Assembly (NCBI GenBank): GCA_951406725.2
Contig: OX597814.1
Span: 222,332,001-222,396,000, forward strand
Reading direction: 5' to 3'
Length of the DNA stretch: 64,000 bases
Source: Octopus vulgaris
Taxonomy: Eukaryota
Under the pieces are notes generated by a model that was given only the letters and a program-made list of their open reading frames with translations, was not told where the DNA came from and did no database searches. The stretch's first letter is position 1. The number at the start of each line of letters is the position of its first letter. Position numbers and translations under genes: made by a program. Below are positions 13,617-26,589 of this stretch, in pieces.

Positions 13617-13620
<4 letters not shown>
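12704..13620 (+). mobile_element. Non-autonomous Penelope-like/retrozyme-like element with inverted and tandem pseudo-LTR segments
   Basis: 12704-12990 is the reverse complement of about 13277-13576; 12997-13123 is a direct repeat of 13494-13620; ends at (TA)n; carries a hammerhead motif; no ORF. Confidence 0.75.
13281..13367 (+). ncRNA. Type I hammerhead ribozyme motif with extended stem II
   Basis: CCTA-CTGAAGA-A-[long hairpin incl. tatagactgaaat/atttcagtctgta]-A-GAAAC-cttacagt-GTC-TAGG: stem I CCTA/TAGG, CUGANGA and GAAA boxes, GUC cleavage triplet; base of stem II is imperfect. Confidence 0.65.
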
Positions 13621-13663
<43 letters not shown>

Positions 13664-14391
13664 GGGTAGAGAAAGGGTGAGTGTGGGAAGGAATGAAGAG
13701 GAAAAGAAATAGGGTGAAGTCAAGTAATATACTAATAAGTTTTCTCTCTAAATATTTAAACGGCTTCATTTCTATCGTATGAATGTGCAACATAGAAATA
13801 AAATTTGTGAAAGTTGGTTATCCACAACTGTGTTGAAAATTGTACAAGTTAATATACTGTATAATAACTATTTGCATCGGAAATAGCTTCCTTTCAACGA
13901 ATATTAATTTACGCATCCAACGTAACTTGGATGAACTAATTAAACGCCTTTAGCTGCGGTAATCGTTCTAACTAATCATCTCGTATATTCGTTGATCGCT
14001 AGAGAGCACATATATTGGCAAAACGAAGTTTACTCAACTTGCGTACGTTATGATTTCTCAAGATGATTACCGAAGCTAACGGCGAAGAAAACTACACATT
14101 CAAGTTACGTCGGACGTGCAAATTAATAATAAATATGTATTTTAATTAATATGTTAACAAAATATGAAAGCCATCTTTTAAAGTAAAAAAAAATTATCCT
14201 AAATCATAAAATACTGATGGAAGACGTGGAGATATAGTTGTAACGAATTAAATCCCTAAGCATTTGTTATACTGGCTATAGCAATAGATGTCTAGTAGTT
14301 AGCTGCAAAGCATATTAACGATGGCTATATTTGCATTTGTATTATACAGTTACTCATCAGAAATATACGCAATAGGAATATTAAAGTTTCA

Positions 14392-14698
14392 ATGGCCCAG
14401 TGATTAGGGCAGCGGACTCGCGATCGGAGGATCGCGGTTTCGATTCCCAGCCCGGGCGTTGCGTGTGTTTATTGAGCGAAAACACCTAAAGCTCCACGAT
14501 GCTCCGGCAGAGGGTGGTGGCGACCCCTGTTGTACTCTTTCGCACCAAATTTATCTCACACTTTCTTTCTCTTTCTTGAGTAACGCTTCGATGGACTGGC
14601 GTCCAGTCCAGCTGCGTGGGGAACACATACACCATAGAAACCGGGAAACCGAGCCTATGAGCCAGGCTAGGCTTGAAAAGGGCGAAGAAAGAAAGAAG
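14392..14698 (+). mobile_element. tRNA-derived SINE (family D, tail type 1)
   Basis: A box tggcccagtgattagg, B box ggtttcgattccc, body shared with 60105 copy, tail gatggactggcgtccagtccag... ending in a (GAA/GAAA)n-like run. Confidence 0.85.
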
Positions 14699-14916
14699 TG
14701 ATTGACATATCAACTCAAACTTTAGTCCTTGAGTTACTGACGCAACTTGTTGATTATTTACGGAATACGTTTCCGTTTTTAGGTTCGGGTTTTATTGACA
14801 CCGAAGACAAATTTGCCTTCCATCTCCCTGGAGTTATTAAGATAAACTATCAGTCAGCTACTATAATTAATGTTAACGAACACGCCTCTCCTTAAATTTC
14901 AGGTTTTGCCGCTAAA

Positions 14917-14967
<51 letters not shown>

Positions 14968-15390
14968 AGAAATTATTGAATTGGATTGTAACAAACACTT
15001 AATGGAACTTGAAAAATTGATGGAATGATAAAGAGATGAAATACTATTCAAATAGAAAAACAATGACACTGAAATTAGTCGTGGATGAAATGTGAAAAGA
15101 AATCATTAAAACAGAAAAGTCTTATATAAATATTTGAAATATATTTTTAAATTGATAGATACTGTGTGATTACAGCTTAAAGATCAATTGTGTCAGAAGT
15201 TGTGAAACTAATGAGCAGCATTTTTGGAGAGGCTATGTAAGTTGGTATTGCAATATGTTAACGAAGCGCAACTGAAAATTTTCTTGCATTAAATGCATGC
15301 GGCATGGAACCGTAGTTTCGATATGTAGCCTCCGAAAATATATCATTGAAACCTCTCACTTATCAGACGTACCTCTATATCGTGCATGAA

Positions 15391-15423
<33 letters not shown>

Positions 15424-17281
15424 ACTGTTTCGTGTATCTACTAATGAATATATATGAATGTTTGTATATATGCCTGTACGTGTGAGTGAGAGTGCGAGAG
15501 AGAGAGAGGGAGAGAGAGAGAGAGAGAGAATGGGGTGGTGCTGGAGAGTGTGTGTGTGTTTATCTGTATAGATATGTGTAAATAGAAAGGCTTTCTATTT
15601 TTATTCCAGGCAGGGACAAAAAACAGTCGGTAAAAAGAAAAGACGAAAGGGTTTTACGTCCCCTATATCAAAATGATTGCACCAGTGGGGATGCAAAACG
15701 TTACTTGTTACAAAACCCAATTGAAAACAGACTTGCTGCAAGTAAGAGCCACTACTATTCATTCAAAAAGTAACAAAGCGCTCCTAATCTAGACGAGAAG
15801 AAATATTGCAGCCAAGACCTACCCTAGCATTACAGATACCAGAAATAATGATTTGGTCATCAATAGGAAAAAAGTACGACACATATTTCTGAAATTCTCA
15901 GAGTAGATAGATATGGAATGGCGTGAGGAGTTGGTGGATAACCCAAGAAGACAATCACATAACTCTAAGAAGAGAGTGACAAAACAGTCTAGTATTTCGG
16001 AGATCGATATTTAATGGCAACTCATCCAGGTTATCAGCTACGTTATTCATGATCATAAAGAAAGCATCCTACTCTCATCTACCGGTTTGGTAAGTGAATA
16101 AGGAAGAAGAGAAAATAGAAACACAACTACAACAACACTCCATATCAAATAGTTCACCTACACTACAGATACAACAACTATTTACGGTTTTATAATCTAC
16201 TGCCGTCGCTGAATTGTAAAGCAGTCACTGGCGCTAAACCGATCAACATTTGTGTGTGTGTGTGAAAGTGTGTGACAAACTAATTTAAAGTTGCCTCAGT
16301 GCTTTGAAACTCACAGAATATTCATAAAAATCTATGATGATTGAGATAACGCTTCGTTTCAGTTTGATCCAATGTTTTTTTCTTCTTTTTATATTTACAC
16401 TTATAAATAATAACTCCCAAATATAAACACAGATTTATCGTACAACGAAGACTTGCTGAAAGGAATTCTTGCAAACATTTTTTGAAGAAAAATAATGACA
16501 ACATTCTATTATTTATTTCTATGCACTTATTTAATATTGCAGTTTTTTTGTTGTTGTTATTATAGTGTTTTCTTTGCATAGAAGTATTGTTCCTCTCTGT
16601 GAAAGATTTTCTTATATAGGTTTTATTTCATTTCTATTACGAATATTAATTCTTATTATTATTCGTCTATATATTGCCTACGATCTTATTAAAGAAGGAT
16701 AAAAGGATAAGAAAAAGAAAACGTGTTCTACATAAAAAAAAAAAAACACGAAGAAGTTCTGTATTTTTCTTTCTTTTTCTTACTCGGCAATTTACACATA
16801 CAGATATATGCGTACACATAATAAAATAGTATTTAAACAATAGTTATGAATAGGAACCAAAATAATATATACATATGTTAGCATACCAGTAAAACATTTT
16901 GTCCAAAAATATCCGGAAATTGTTTGTCAATTAGCTGAGCACAGCGACCCAATTATGCTTCGTAGACTATTTTAAATCAACACCTCTGATATTAATAGAG
17001 TGTATGGCTGGAAAGTTGATATGTAATGTTTAAAACATAGCTACTTTTTTGATACTTCAGAAATGCCAGTTTTATCCACAAAGCTTTTGTCAGACTGAAT
17101 GTTTATACAGATTCGAGTGTGGGTTTATTCTTGGCATCTAAATATGTGGTTATCTATGTGTGAATGTATTTTCATTTGTATTTGTGGATTATTAGTAGAT
17201 TTTCAGAAAACTATTTTGCGTACATTTGTATCTTTGCTTGTGACTATAATACAGGATTGTGGCATATGCGAAGGTTCCACA

Positions 17282-17813
17282 TAGGAGTTCCGTTGAAAGT
17301 ACATCCGAATTTTTCTTTTCCCACCAAAACTAGTGCCGCGTGAGTAAAATCTTTTGCATGAAGTCTTTCACGCCTGTAGGCCGCGTCAGTTCCCGATTGT
17401 TATGTCTTGAGTACAGACGTGTTGTACACACCCGTCGGATTTTCGTTTTCATACAATATTATCGAACGCATCGAACAAAGACCATACACCCATGTCTCAT
17501 TAGCAGTGGTCATGCTCTTCATGAAAACAGGGCCGTGGTTCGTACAGTCCAGCATGTCCTATGAAATGTTCAAACGCAGTTGTTGCTGCTACTTCCCCAA
17601 CACCTTCAGAACGAATTTCGCCGAAACTCTCCGTATACACAAATTGTTCGTTAAAATGGAAAGCACTGATCTTGTACTTATTCCCATTTCGCGAGCGATT
17701 TCCTGTTACACGACCGACTTCCATAACTATTTGCCGAACCTTCTCAATTGTTTGCGCGTCATGGCTTCTAGATGACTTGCCTATGTGTCTCTCTGTCTGT
17801 CTGTCTGTCTCTG

Positions 17814-17881
<68 letters not shown>

Positions 17882-18214
17882 AACTGATATGCGTCCATGC
17901 TTGAAGCGGTTTTACAACCTGATCTGAGTTTTGTCCATGGTATCGTCGGCAAAGACCTGCTGAATCTTCTGTGGTGGTTTGAGCTTGTGTACCACCAAAA
18001 TGTTTGACAAAACTTAATATCTCTTCTTGATACGTTCGATGAAAACGAAATTCCGACGAAAGCAAACTACATGTCTGTACTCCAGGTGTAACAGCAGAGA
18101 GCTAATGCTGCCTACCGGCGCGAAAATTTTCACGCATAGTCAGACTTTTCGTACGCAGCATTACTTGTTGTGGGAAAAAATAAAATTGGATACTCTTTTA
18201 ATGCACACCTAGTA
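17282..18214 (-). mobile_element. Degenerate mariner transposon with internal deletion and a (GA)n expansion in the ORF
   Basis: Minus-strand peptides ...TIEKVRQIVME..., VSAKFVPKVL (WVPHEL-like linker) and TTANETWVYG (first catalytic D region); imperfect terminal inverted repeats near 17282 and 18182-18214 ending in TA. Confidence 0.8.
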
Positions 18215-18235
18215 CATTCACAAGCGCATATGTAT

Positions 18236-18445
18236 CTCTTTTACTCTTTTACTCGTTTCAGTCATTTGAGTGTGGCCATGCTGGAGCACAGCCTTTAGTC
18301 AAGCAAACTGACCACACGGCTTCTTCTTTGTAAGCCTAGTACTTAATCTATCTGTCTCTTTTGCCAAACCGCTAAGTTACGAGGACGTAAACACACCACC
18401 ATCGGTTGTCAAGCGATGTTGGGGGACAAACACAGACACACAAAC
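18236..18445 (-). mobile_element. SINE family A, 3' half
   Basis: Reverse complement of the 3' half of the 58104 SINE incl. ...gctccagcatggccac..aaatgactgaaacgagtaaaagag tail. Confidence 0.9.
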
Positions 18446-18480
18446 GTATACACACACACACACGCACACATACACACACA

Positions 18481-18583
<103 letters not shown>

Positions 18584-19332
18584 TTTGTAATTTGTGCTTG
18601 TATGTATAAAGTACATACACATGCGGGTCTCTACAGATACATGCCTGTCGTTATATTTTTATATTTATAGTGGAATATAAATTTTAATATATTTTGTTTA
18701 GTACACAATGTGTTTTCAGTTTCAGAGATACACTAATATTTTCATACGATCTGAGAATTATTCGACTATATGAGGTTTTTTGACATATTTTCCTGTTGAT
18801 TTCTTATTTGTGAGGTGAATTTTCTGTTACATATTTTGGCTTGGAGACACCGTATAGCATCATATAGCTTACGAAAAATCACTATAGCTACAGTAATAGA
18901 ATTCACGAGTTATAATGATCCTATATCTGCATTGCTACCATTTGTAACTCTGTTTCTAATATGTAACTCTGTTTCTATACCACAGCCATCTTTAGATTAT
19001 TCAGGTAATCTAATTAATGCCTATGTTTGTGGTTCGCAGCAACAGAAAAGTTTACGTGTTAAAGATGTCATATTCTTGAAAGTTTATTTAAACTTATTAG
19101 AATATAATGTCTAGCGACTAATTAGAAATAAGTTCGTGTTACAAAAGATGAGTGTCTTGATATACATCAGCAATACACATTGCAGTTATATATAACTCAT
19201 GAAAGTATCGCTAGAAAGCAATAAGCAAAGCATGCATACTTACATGCATATATGCATACATACACACACATACAAACATGAAAACATACACATACATACA
19301 TAAATACATACATAAATACATACATACATACA

Positions 19333-19366
<34 letters not shown>

Positions 19367-19826
19367 CATATATACATACATACAAGCATGCATAAGCACA
19401 CACATTCAACATAGATCGGAGCATACTGCCCCTTTGGCTTGGTTCGCAGTCCCGATAATAAATAATAATAGTAACAAAATGTTATTGATCTTTTAACACT
19501 TTCAAGCATCTTAAATCAAATTAAATTAGCATTTCCCTACATAGGATTAGTGGTCAATAGAAATGGTAAAAAAGCATCGGAGGTAGGATGACATATATTT
19601 CACTAGCAAGACAGGTGAGCAAGACAGGTGTCTGGGTGTACCTTAAGCAAGGCACCCAAAATTAACTACATTCTTTGGGGAGCAGAAATGAAGCGCTCTG
19701 ATCACCATCCAATCTGATAGGCAATGTATAAAACAAAGGAACTCGCATACTAATTTTTTTTCATTTACTTGCATTTATATAAAAGATATACACACAAACA
19801 TGTGTGTGTGTCTTTGTGTGTGTGTG

Positions 19827-19877
<51 letters not shown>

Positions 19878-20357
19878 GTGTGTGTGCTTGACGTGACAGT
19901 TTCGAGAAATAGCACTCCATAACGAAGAAATAATTATTGATTCGGAAACAGCTTAGAGCACACTGTGTGACATCTGAGTTCCTCGCCTCGTGCGAACTTT
20001 CACATTACAACATTTGAATGGAAAAACTTGATGTAGGAGGAAAAAAAAAAGCATAAGAAGGATAAAAACTTAATGAGGGATAAGAAATACTGGTTATAAA
20101 TGTTACTTTGCCTTCCCCTACGTTAGCAGCTATTCTAACATGGTATATGTGTAAGTATGAGTGTTTGTGTGTGTGTATGTGCATGATTTTCAGTCTCTGA
20201 ATGTAGTTTACTTCGGCTTAATATACTTTTAGAAAATTGAATATTCCCATTTCAGTTTTTATTACTTTTGATGCAGAAAGTGTGTTAAAAAATGTATTAG
20301 ATAGTATTAAGCCAGATGCATCAGTTTTAGAACTTGAACACATTTATAAGTAGATAA

Positions 20358-20838
20358 AGGCGGTGATCTGGCAGAAGGGTTAGCACGCCGGCCGAAATGC
20401 TTAGTGGTATTTCGTCCGTCTTACGTTCTGAGTTCGACTTTGCCTTTCATCATTTCGGGGTCGATAAATTAAGTACCAGTTGCCTTTTGGGTAGATCTAA
20501 TCGACTGGCTCTCTCCACAAATATTTCGGGGCTTATGCCTAGAGTAGAAAAGAATTTCATATTCCACCGAGGTCGATTTTGCCTTTTATCCTTTCGGGGT
20601 CGATAAATTAAGTACTAGTCACATACTGTGGTAGATTTAATCTACTAGTCCCCTCCCCTTACATTTCAGGCCTTGTGCCTAGAGTAGAAAAGAATTTCAA
20701 TTTCCGCCGAGGTCGATTTTGCCTTTTATCCTTTTGGGGTCGATAAAGTATGTTCCAGTTACGTAATGAGATCTATCTAATCGACTGGCCCCCACCTCCC
20801 GCCAACTTCCGGGCCTTGTGCCTAGAGTAGAAAAGAAT
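20358..20838 (+). mobile_element. tRNA-derived SINE family B (Meta-domain-like core) followed by two extra tandem copies of its 3' module
   Basis: Head ggcggtgatctggcagaagggttagcacgccgg; core gcctttcatc.tttcggggtcgataaattaagtaccag; gcctagagtagaaaagaat occurs three times (ending about 20555, 20695, 20838). Confidence 0.9.
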
Positions 20839-21450
20839 ATTTATATGTGGAAAAGTTATTTATGCAGTGTAGATATGAAGATTTGTCGTTTGCTTGTCTT
20901 TTTTAGGGTATTTTTTTGTGTGTGTGGTGGGGGGGCCTTATCGCAAAAGATTATACGAATTTCACTGAGAAGTAGAGTGAAATGCTGAGGTGAAATTTAA
21001 TGGGCTGATTAGTTTTTCAACGTGATACTTAAATTTGGAGATTGCTGCTGCAGCTACAATAAATTCATGAACTGATCACCCATGTGATTTGAAAAGATGT
21101 TAATATATTCAAGAACGCTCTTGGTAATGAAAGTATGGTTGGATGGTGATATTTCAATTGATTCCGCAAAAGTCAACTTGGAAGCGAAGCAATCTTTCAT
21201 AACGAAAATATTTTCCTTCTCTACAAGTTGCACATGTTGCAAACAAGAATCATTCGACAAGAATTTGCAAAGTTACCCCAATTATTGTTGTATTTTATGC
21301 GAATGACAAAATGTGGGTAAGTAAAATTTCTACGTCCACAAAAATTAGCTGGAACGTATATAAACCAATTTCTAGCAAATTAGGTTTTCCTGATCCCTAG
21401 ATGCCTCGGGAAATTTCTCTGATTTCTTTTCGTATTACGTTTGTAGTTAC

Positions 21451-21791
21451 TGTAGGCGCATGGCTCAGTGGTTAGAGCGTCGAGCTTACGATCGTGAGGT
21501 TGTGAGCTCGAATCCCGGACTGGGCTGCGTGTTGTGTTCTTGAGCAAGGCACTTTAATTTCACGTTGCTCCAGTTCACTCAGCTGTAGAAATGAGTTGCG
21601 ACGTCACTGGTGCCAAGCTGTATCGACCTTTGTCTTTCCCTTGGATAACACTGGTGGCGTGGAGAGGGGAGGCTGGTATGCATGGGCGACTGCTGGTCTT
21701 CCATAAACAACCTTGCCCGGACTTGTGTCTAGGAGGGTAACTTTCTAGGTGCAATCTCATGGTCATTCATGACCGAAGAGGGTCTTTACCC
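21451..21791 (+). mobile_element. Full-length tRNA-derived SINE family C with 9-bp target-site duplication
   Basis: A box tggctcagtggttagag, B box gagctcgaatccc, core gttgtgttcttgagcaaggcacttt; TSD tgtagttac at 21442-21450 and 21792-21800. Confidence 0.92.
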
Positions 21792-22269
21792 TGTAGTTAC
21801 CAAAAATAATTTAATCCGCTACATAAAACGCTATCTGGCGTTTGAGTACTTAAGAAATGGGTCTCGCCTAGTCAGTGAATCTACTATGTAAGAAGGCGAT
21901 TTTTCTAGTATTTAAGTTTCGGTAGGGTTGAAGTGGAACTGAATGATGTTGAGTAAGCTGATGCCTAAGTTTCAAAACTGGGATCAGTTCAATGGCAGAG
22001 GCTATTCTGGCACGAAGAGACCTAAAGGGCTGCCAGTGCAATATTCCAAAGTTTATTTCTTGGAGTTTAAACTAGAAAATATTGGAAATCGCTGAAAGCA
22101 GTAGGCATGGGGAAAAGTTTCGACAAAATATTTGTAATAAAGGGAAACATTACGAAAAACGCATGACTCAACGCAACAGAAAATTCAAACCATAAAAATT
22201 TTGAAACTATTGATAGATTTTTAACCGCTCAGTTGCATAATACACACACATACGCACACACACACGCAT

Positions 22270-22344
<75 letters not shown>

Positions 22345-22501
22345 AACAAACAAACAAACAATTCTGATCTGCATGAAAAATGCCACAAAATTATATCAGA
22401 GCAATGTAGCTTGTGGCCATTGCAATAAATTCTAAACAAAATATAATAACAATCAATAAAAATATAATTGTGTATAAATATATACAAACACTCATAAAAA
22501 T

Positions 22502-22580
<79 letters not shown>

Positions 22581-22621
22581 GCACTATGACATCTGAGTAG
22601 CAGTTTCATTACCTAAGAAAT

Positions 22622-23525
22622 GAGCACTATGACTGGGTTTTGAAACAGCTGCTTGACCATTCAGATGTCAATGTGATATATCTTGACATCATAAAGGTAT
22701 TTAATAAGGTACATTGGCATAGCTGGTAAAGTAGGAGAGTGGCTGTATGACATTTCTGATAGAATTCAGGAAGTTGCAGCCAATGGCACGCTCTATGAGG
22801 GTACCCGCAGGAAACTGTCTTGGGATCATTACTATTTATATCAGAGCAATGTAGCCTGTGGCCATTACACATGCCCGTGGTTACTCAGACAGCCACTATT
22901 ACTAGCTACGCCGATGATGCAAAAATATCATAGGTAATAAAGAATCCAGATGATGTCGCAAGCTTACAACGTGAACTGAATTCAATATGCAAATGGGCTG
23001 AAGTAAACAGCATGCAGATTAATCCTGGAAAATTTTAAGCCCTGCGCTATCGGCTCACATATGCACCGCAGCCTGTATATACCGGATTCGAAGGCACTGC
23101 AATCCTAGATATAGGCAGTAAGAGACTTGGTGATCAGTATGCCTGCCTCATTTCATATGCACATTACAAAGATGGCAGCAAAGTGCAGACAACTGGGTGG
23201 GTGAATACTAGGTTCCTTCAAGACGAAATACGAAGATGTGATGCTGACCCTGTGGAGGACCTTTGATTCTCCGCCTGCTGGACTACTGCTCAAAAGTTAT
23301 GGTTGTCACATAGCTCTAAACTCACAGCGGACCTTGAAGAGATGGCCCAAACATACAGCATTAAAAGGATTGTAAGAGTGCAGCAAATGAGCTACAGAAA
23401 AAGACTGTCAAATCTATGACTTTACTCCTTGGAGAGGAGACACGACAGATATGTTATAACCTACATGTGGGAAATTTTGGTGAGATCCAGTACCTAATTT
23501 CGGCATTAACTGTTATACATAAATG
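22622..23525 (+). mobile_element. Degenerate CR1-group LINE RT fragment (same family as 61645-63228)
   Basis: HYDWVLKQLLDHSDVNVIYLD..K.F.KV, GYPQETVLG, ATITSYADDAKIS, KWAEVNSMQINPGK; many stops and frameshifts. Confidence 0.85.
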
Positions 23526-24228
23526 CTCATTAGGTCTACCTTGGTTTTTTAAAATCATAGTGAAGAACAGTAGGATGAACCTGATATGATTTGAACTGGT
23601 AACTAACAAACGAAACTAAATATTTTGAGGCATTTGTATCGGTTAAGCTACTTTCTGCTATCCAATCAACCATTATAAAATAATTAGAAGAAAAAAGTAT
23701 AAAATTAGGATCATATATGAATTGCGTATTCTCAAATGTTATTTATAAAGACAAGCTTTCATCAATATTTACATAATTTGTCAGATTTAATTATATTGAT
23801 TACTACTATTTGGTTATTAAAATCATATAATCGCTTGTCTAAACAGAAATTTCCATAAATTATCTATTCGTTACTATGTATTATTGTACGCAAACAAATT
23901 AATGAACTCACAAACATACAAATTATATATAAACAATTGAAGCATTGAATCATCTGACGATTGTTTAGCGATTTATGAAAAGAACCGAGCGTTTTCGATT
24001 AACATAAATAATGAAATGTTATATACTCTCGTATGAGGTCGATAGATGCTCCTACCTCAGGGACGGAGCATATTTTTCTATTTAGATATTCACGCATTGC
24101 ACACATCAAACAAACAGTCTTGGAACGCATCTCTGGATAATAATAAAAAATGAATTAATATTCCATTTACACACACACTTATCTATTATATACTTACTTA
24201 TATGTATGTGTGTGCATATATATTCATT

Positions 24229-24440
24229 TATTCTTTTATTCTTTTGCTTTTTTCAGTCGTTTGACTGCGGCAATGCTAGAGTACCACCATTAGTCCAATA
24301 AATCGAACCCAAGACGTATTCTTTGTGAGCCTAGTACTTATTCTATCGGTCTCTTTTACCGAACCGCTAATTTACGGTGATGTAAACAAATTAACATCGT
24401 TTGTCAAACGATGGTGGGGGATAAGCACAGACACACAAAT
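24229..24440 (-). mobile_element. SINE family A, degenerate 3' half
   Basis: Reverse-complement match to the 3' half of the 58104 SINE (cctagtacttattctatcggtctctttt.ccgaaccgctaa). Confidence 0.85.
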
Positions 24441-24799
24441 ACATACACACACATACACATAGATATGTGTGTGTATGTGTGTGTGTGTGCACGCGTGCAC
24501 CTGTCTTATTACAAGGATTTCTGGGTGTGTGTATTTTTGATTTTGGAGACGTTGAAGAGAAATGTAGATTTTTGCTTTACGGGGCTTGGTTTAGAAATAA
24601 ACATACGTCACTGGGGTAATGCCTAGTCCCGGTTGTGGAGTAACAACGTGACGGTCTATGCGTGTGTATTCTGTGCGTGTGTGAATGAAAAGGACTTATG
24701 GTTGCAATATGTGTGCATTGATAAGGATATACAGACATAGTTCCGTAAAGCATAAATGTGCTTTTGTTGGTATTTATAACTGAGTTCATTTTATGAATT

Positions 24800-25053
24800 A
24801 GGTTATGCCTGTGAAATTTAACGTGCAAGTGGCGGAGCACTCCACAAACAAGCGCATCCTTTACGTTAATTCCGAGGGAGAAGAAGCGTGACACAGATTA
24901 TAACAAAGCTGGCCGTTTGACAATATCTTTGCCAGCTGAATTGACTGGAGCTTCGTGAAATATAAGTGTATTGTTCACGGACACTATGCGCCGCCAGGAA
25001 TCGAAACCTACAACCTTAAGATTTTAGACAGAATACCCTAACCACCTAACCAG
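24800..25053 (-). mobile_element. Degenerate tRNA-derived SINE
   Basis: Minus strand begins tggttaggtggttagggtattc...ggtttcgattcctggc (A/B boxes), followed by a core resembling family C. Confidence 0.65.
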
Positions 25054-25054
25054 C

Positions 25055-25189
25055 CGACTTTGGTGTGGATCGTTAGCCCCTACATGCAAATTTTCTCTCC
25101 TTGTTTCTTTTCTGAGTATCTTACTAATACAATTTTTTGTTTGTACTCCACCTGCCTTCGTCTTTTGTTTATTTTCGTAAACCTTCCCG

Positions 25190-25192
<3 letters not shown>
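25055..25192 (+). mobile_element. Deleted copy of the hammerhead-bearing element at 45073-45297
   Basis: Shares cgttagc...ttttctctcctt and tactaatacaatt...ccacctgccttcgtcttttgtttattttc.taaa.cttcccg but lacks the central hammerhead segment; ends at (TA)n. Confidence 0.8.
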
Positions 25193-25258
<66 letters not shown>

Positions 25259-25330
25259 TATCTATACACATATACGTAGTCACACACAAACACATACATA
25301 TATCCAAACATACACATATATATGTATATA

Positions 25331-25389
<59 letters not shown>

Positions 25390-25397
25390 ATAGTGAG

Positions 25398-25438
<41 letters not shown>

Positions 25439-26174
25439 AGGTACATATACGTACATAGTATATAGCTTTGCGTGCAAGGATATGTATGTGTGGGCATTTT
25501 GACAAATGTATGCATTTATTGCAAACAAGAATACTTACGTGAATATTCATATTGAAATGTATTTCAAAGCAAACGAATTATTATTCCTGTATGGAACACA
25601 TTGGAAATCACATGTGTGTGTGTGTGTATGTGTGTGTATGTGTGTGTGCATGTATGTATGTATGTATGCATGTATGTATGTATGTATGTATGTATGTATG
25701 TATGTATGTATGTATGTATGTATGTATGTATGTATGTGTGTATGCACTCACATACGCACATACATTTGAATTGTGCTTGTATGTTCATAAAAGACTTTTC
25801 TTTTTCTGTAGCGCTAATTCTGGTATGAAATATCAAAACATTAATATGTTTATAAAATAAACTATTGAAGTAACACTTCTATGGAATGATATTTATGTTA
25901 CATAATATATGTTTTAATTTCATTTATTTAAAAGAAACAGTAACTAATACTATTCATAGGAAATATTCTGCTTCATGGAAATTTTATTCATTCTCAACTT
26001 CTGAAGCATTGATTGTCGAATATATTTCCCATATTAAACAATGCTAAGGTATATATATAATAGAATATACACGAATTAAAAGATGTGAAGCCTGCGGAAA
26101 CATGAGCAAACGGCACCACGTTGACCTCTTTGCGTCGGTACAATGTTAATTTGTTTTTGTTTTCTCATGTACGA

Positions 26175-26535
26175 TGAGAACCAAAGGAGTATACATGCCA
26201 AAACTTAGCATCAAGCAATTTAGACCAATATCACTGCTGGATGAATGGAAAATATTTTGTGTTATGGCATCAAGGCCAACTAAGTAACTCACTGAGAATA
26301 AGTACATAGATTTATCAGTTCCGAAAGGATGTTTCTCTTCTGCCGCGGCGTCTGTAGAAGATGACTCAGTCCTTTGGGAGGTAATTCAAAAAGTTGGAGC
26401 AGAAAAGAGATCTTCACGTGGCGTACGGTGACCTAGCGAATGCCAAAGTTCGGTCGTACACAAGATGATTTGACTACCTCTTAATATGTATTATGACCGA
26501 AAGAACATTCCGAGAATTATTGAAGACGTATTTTC
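26175..26535 (+). mobile_element. Ancient RT fragment of a HERO/R2-group non-LTR retrotransposon
   Basis: KGVYMPK..SIKQFRPISLL...MASR.TK*LTENKYIDLSVPKG...LWEVIQK..AEK(R)DLHV...DLANA, corresponding to RT domains 0-3; heavily frameshifted. Confidence 0.7.
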
Positions 26536-26589
26536 GATCATTTACTAATGATTCTGTAAACTACGAAACAAATGGTAGTCAGAAGGAGC

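Noticed and set aside
21054-21320. Non-repetitive overlapping ORFs on both strands with a nearby gtaagt
   Set aside because: No motif and no consistent acceptor/frame.
21455-21530. tRNA-like sequences (also 14392, 58104, 60105)
   Set aside because: A/B boxes run on into SINE bodies and tails, one with a TSD; no complete acceptor stem, so these are SINE heads rather than tRNA genes.
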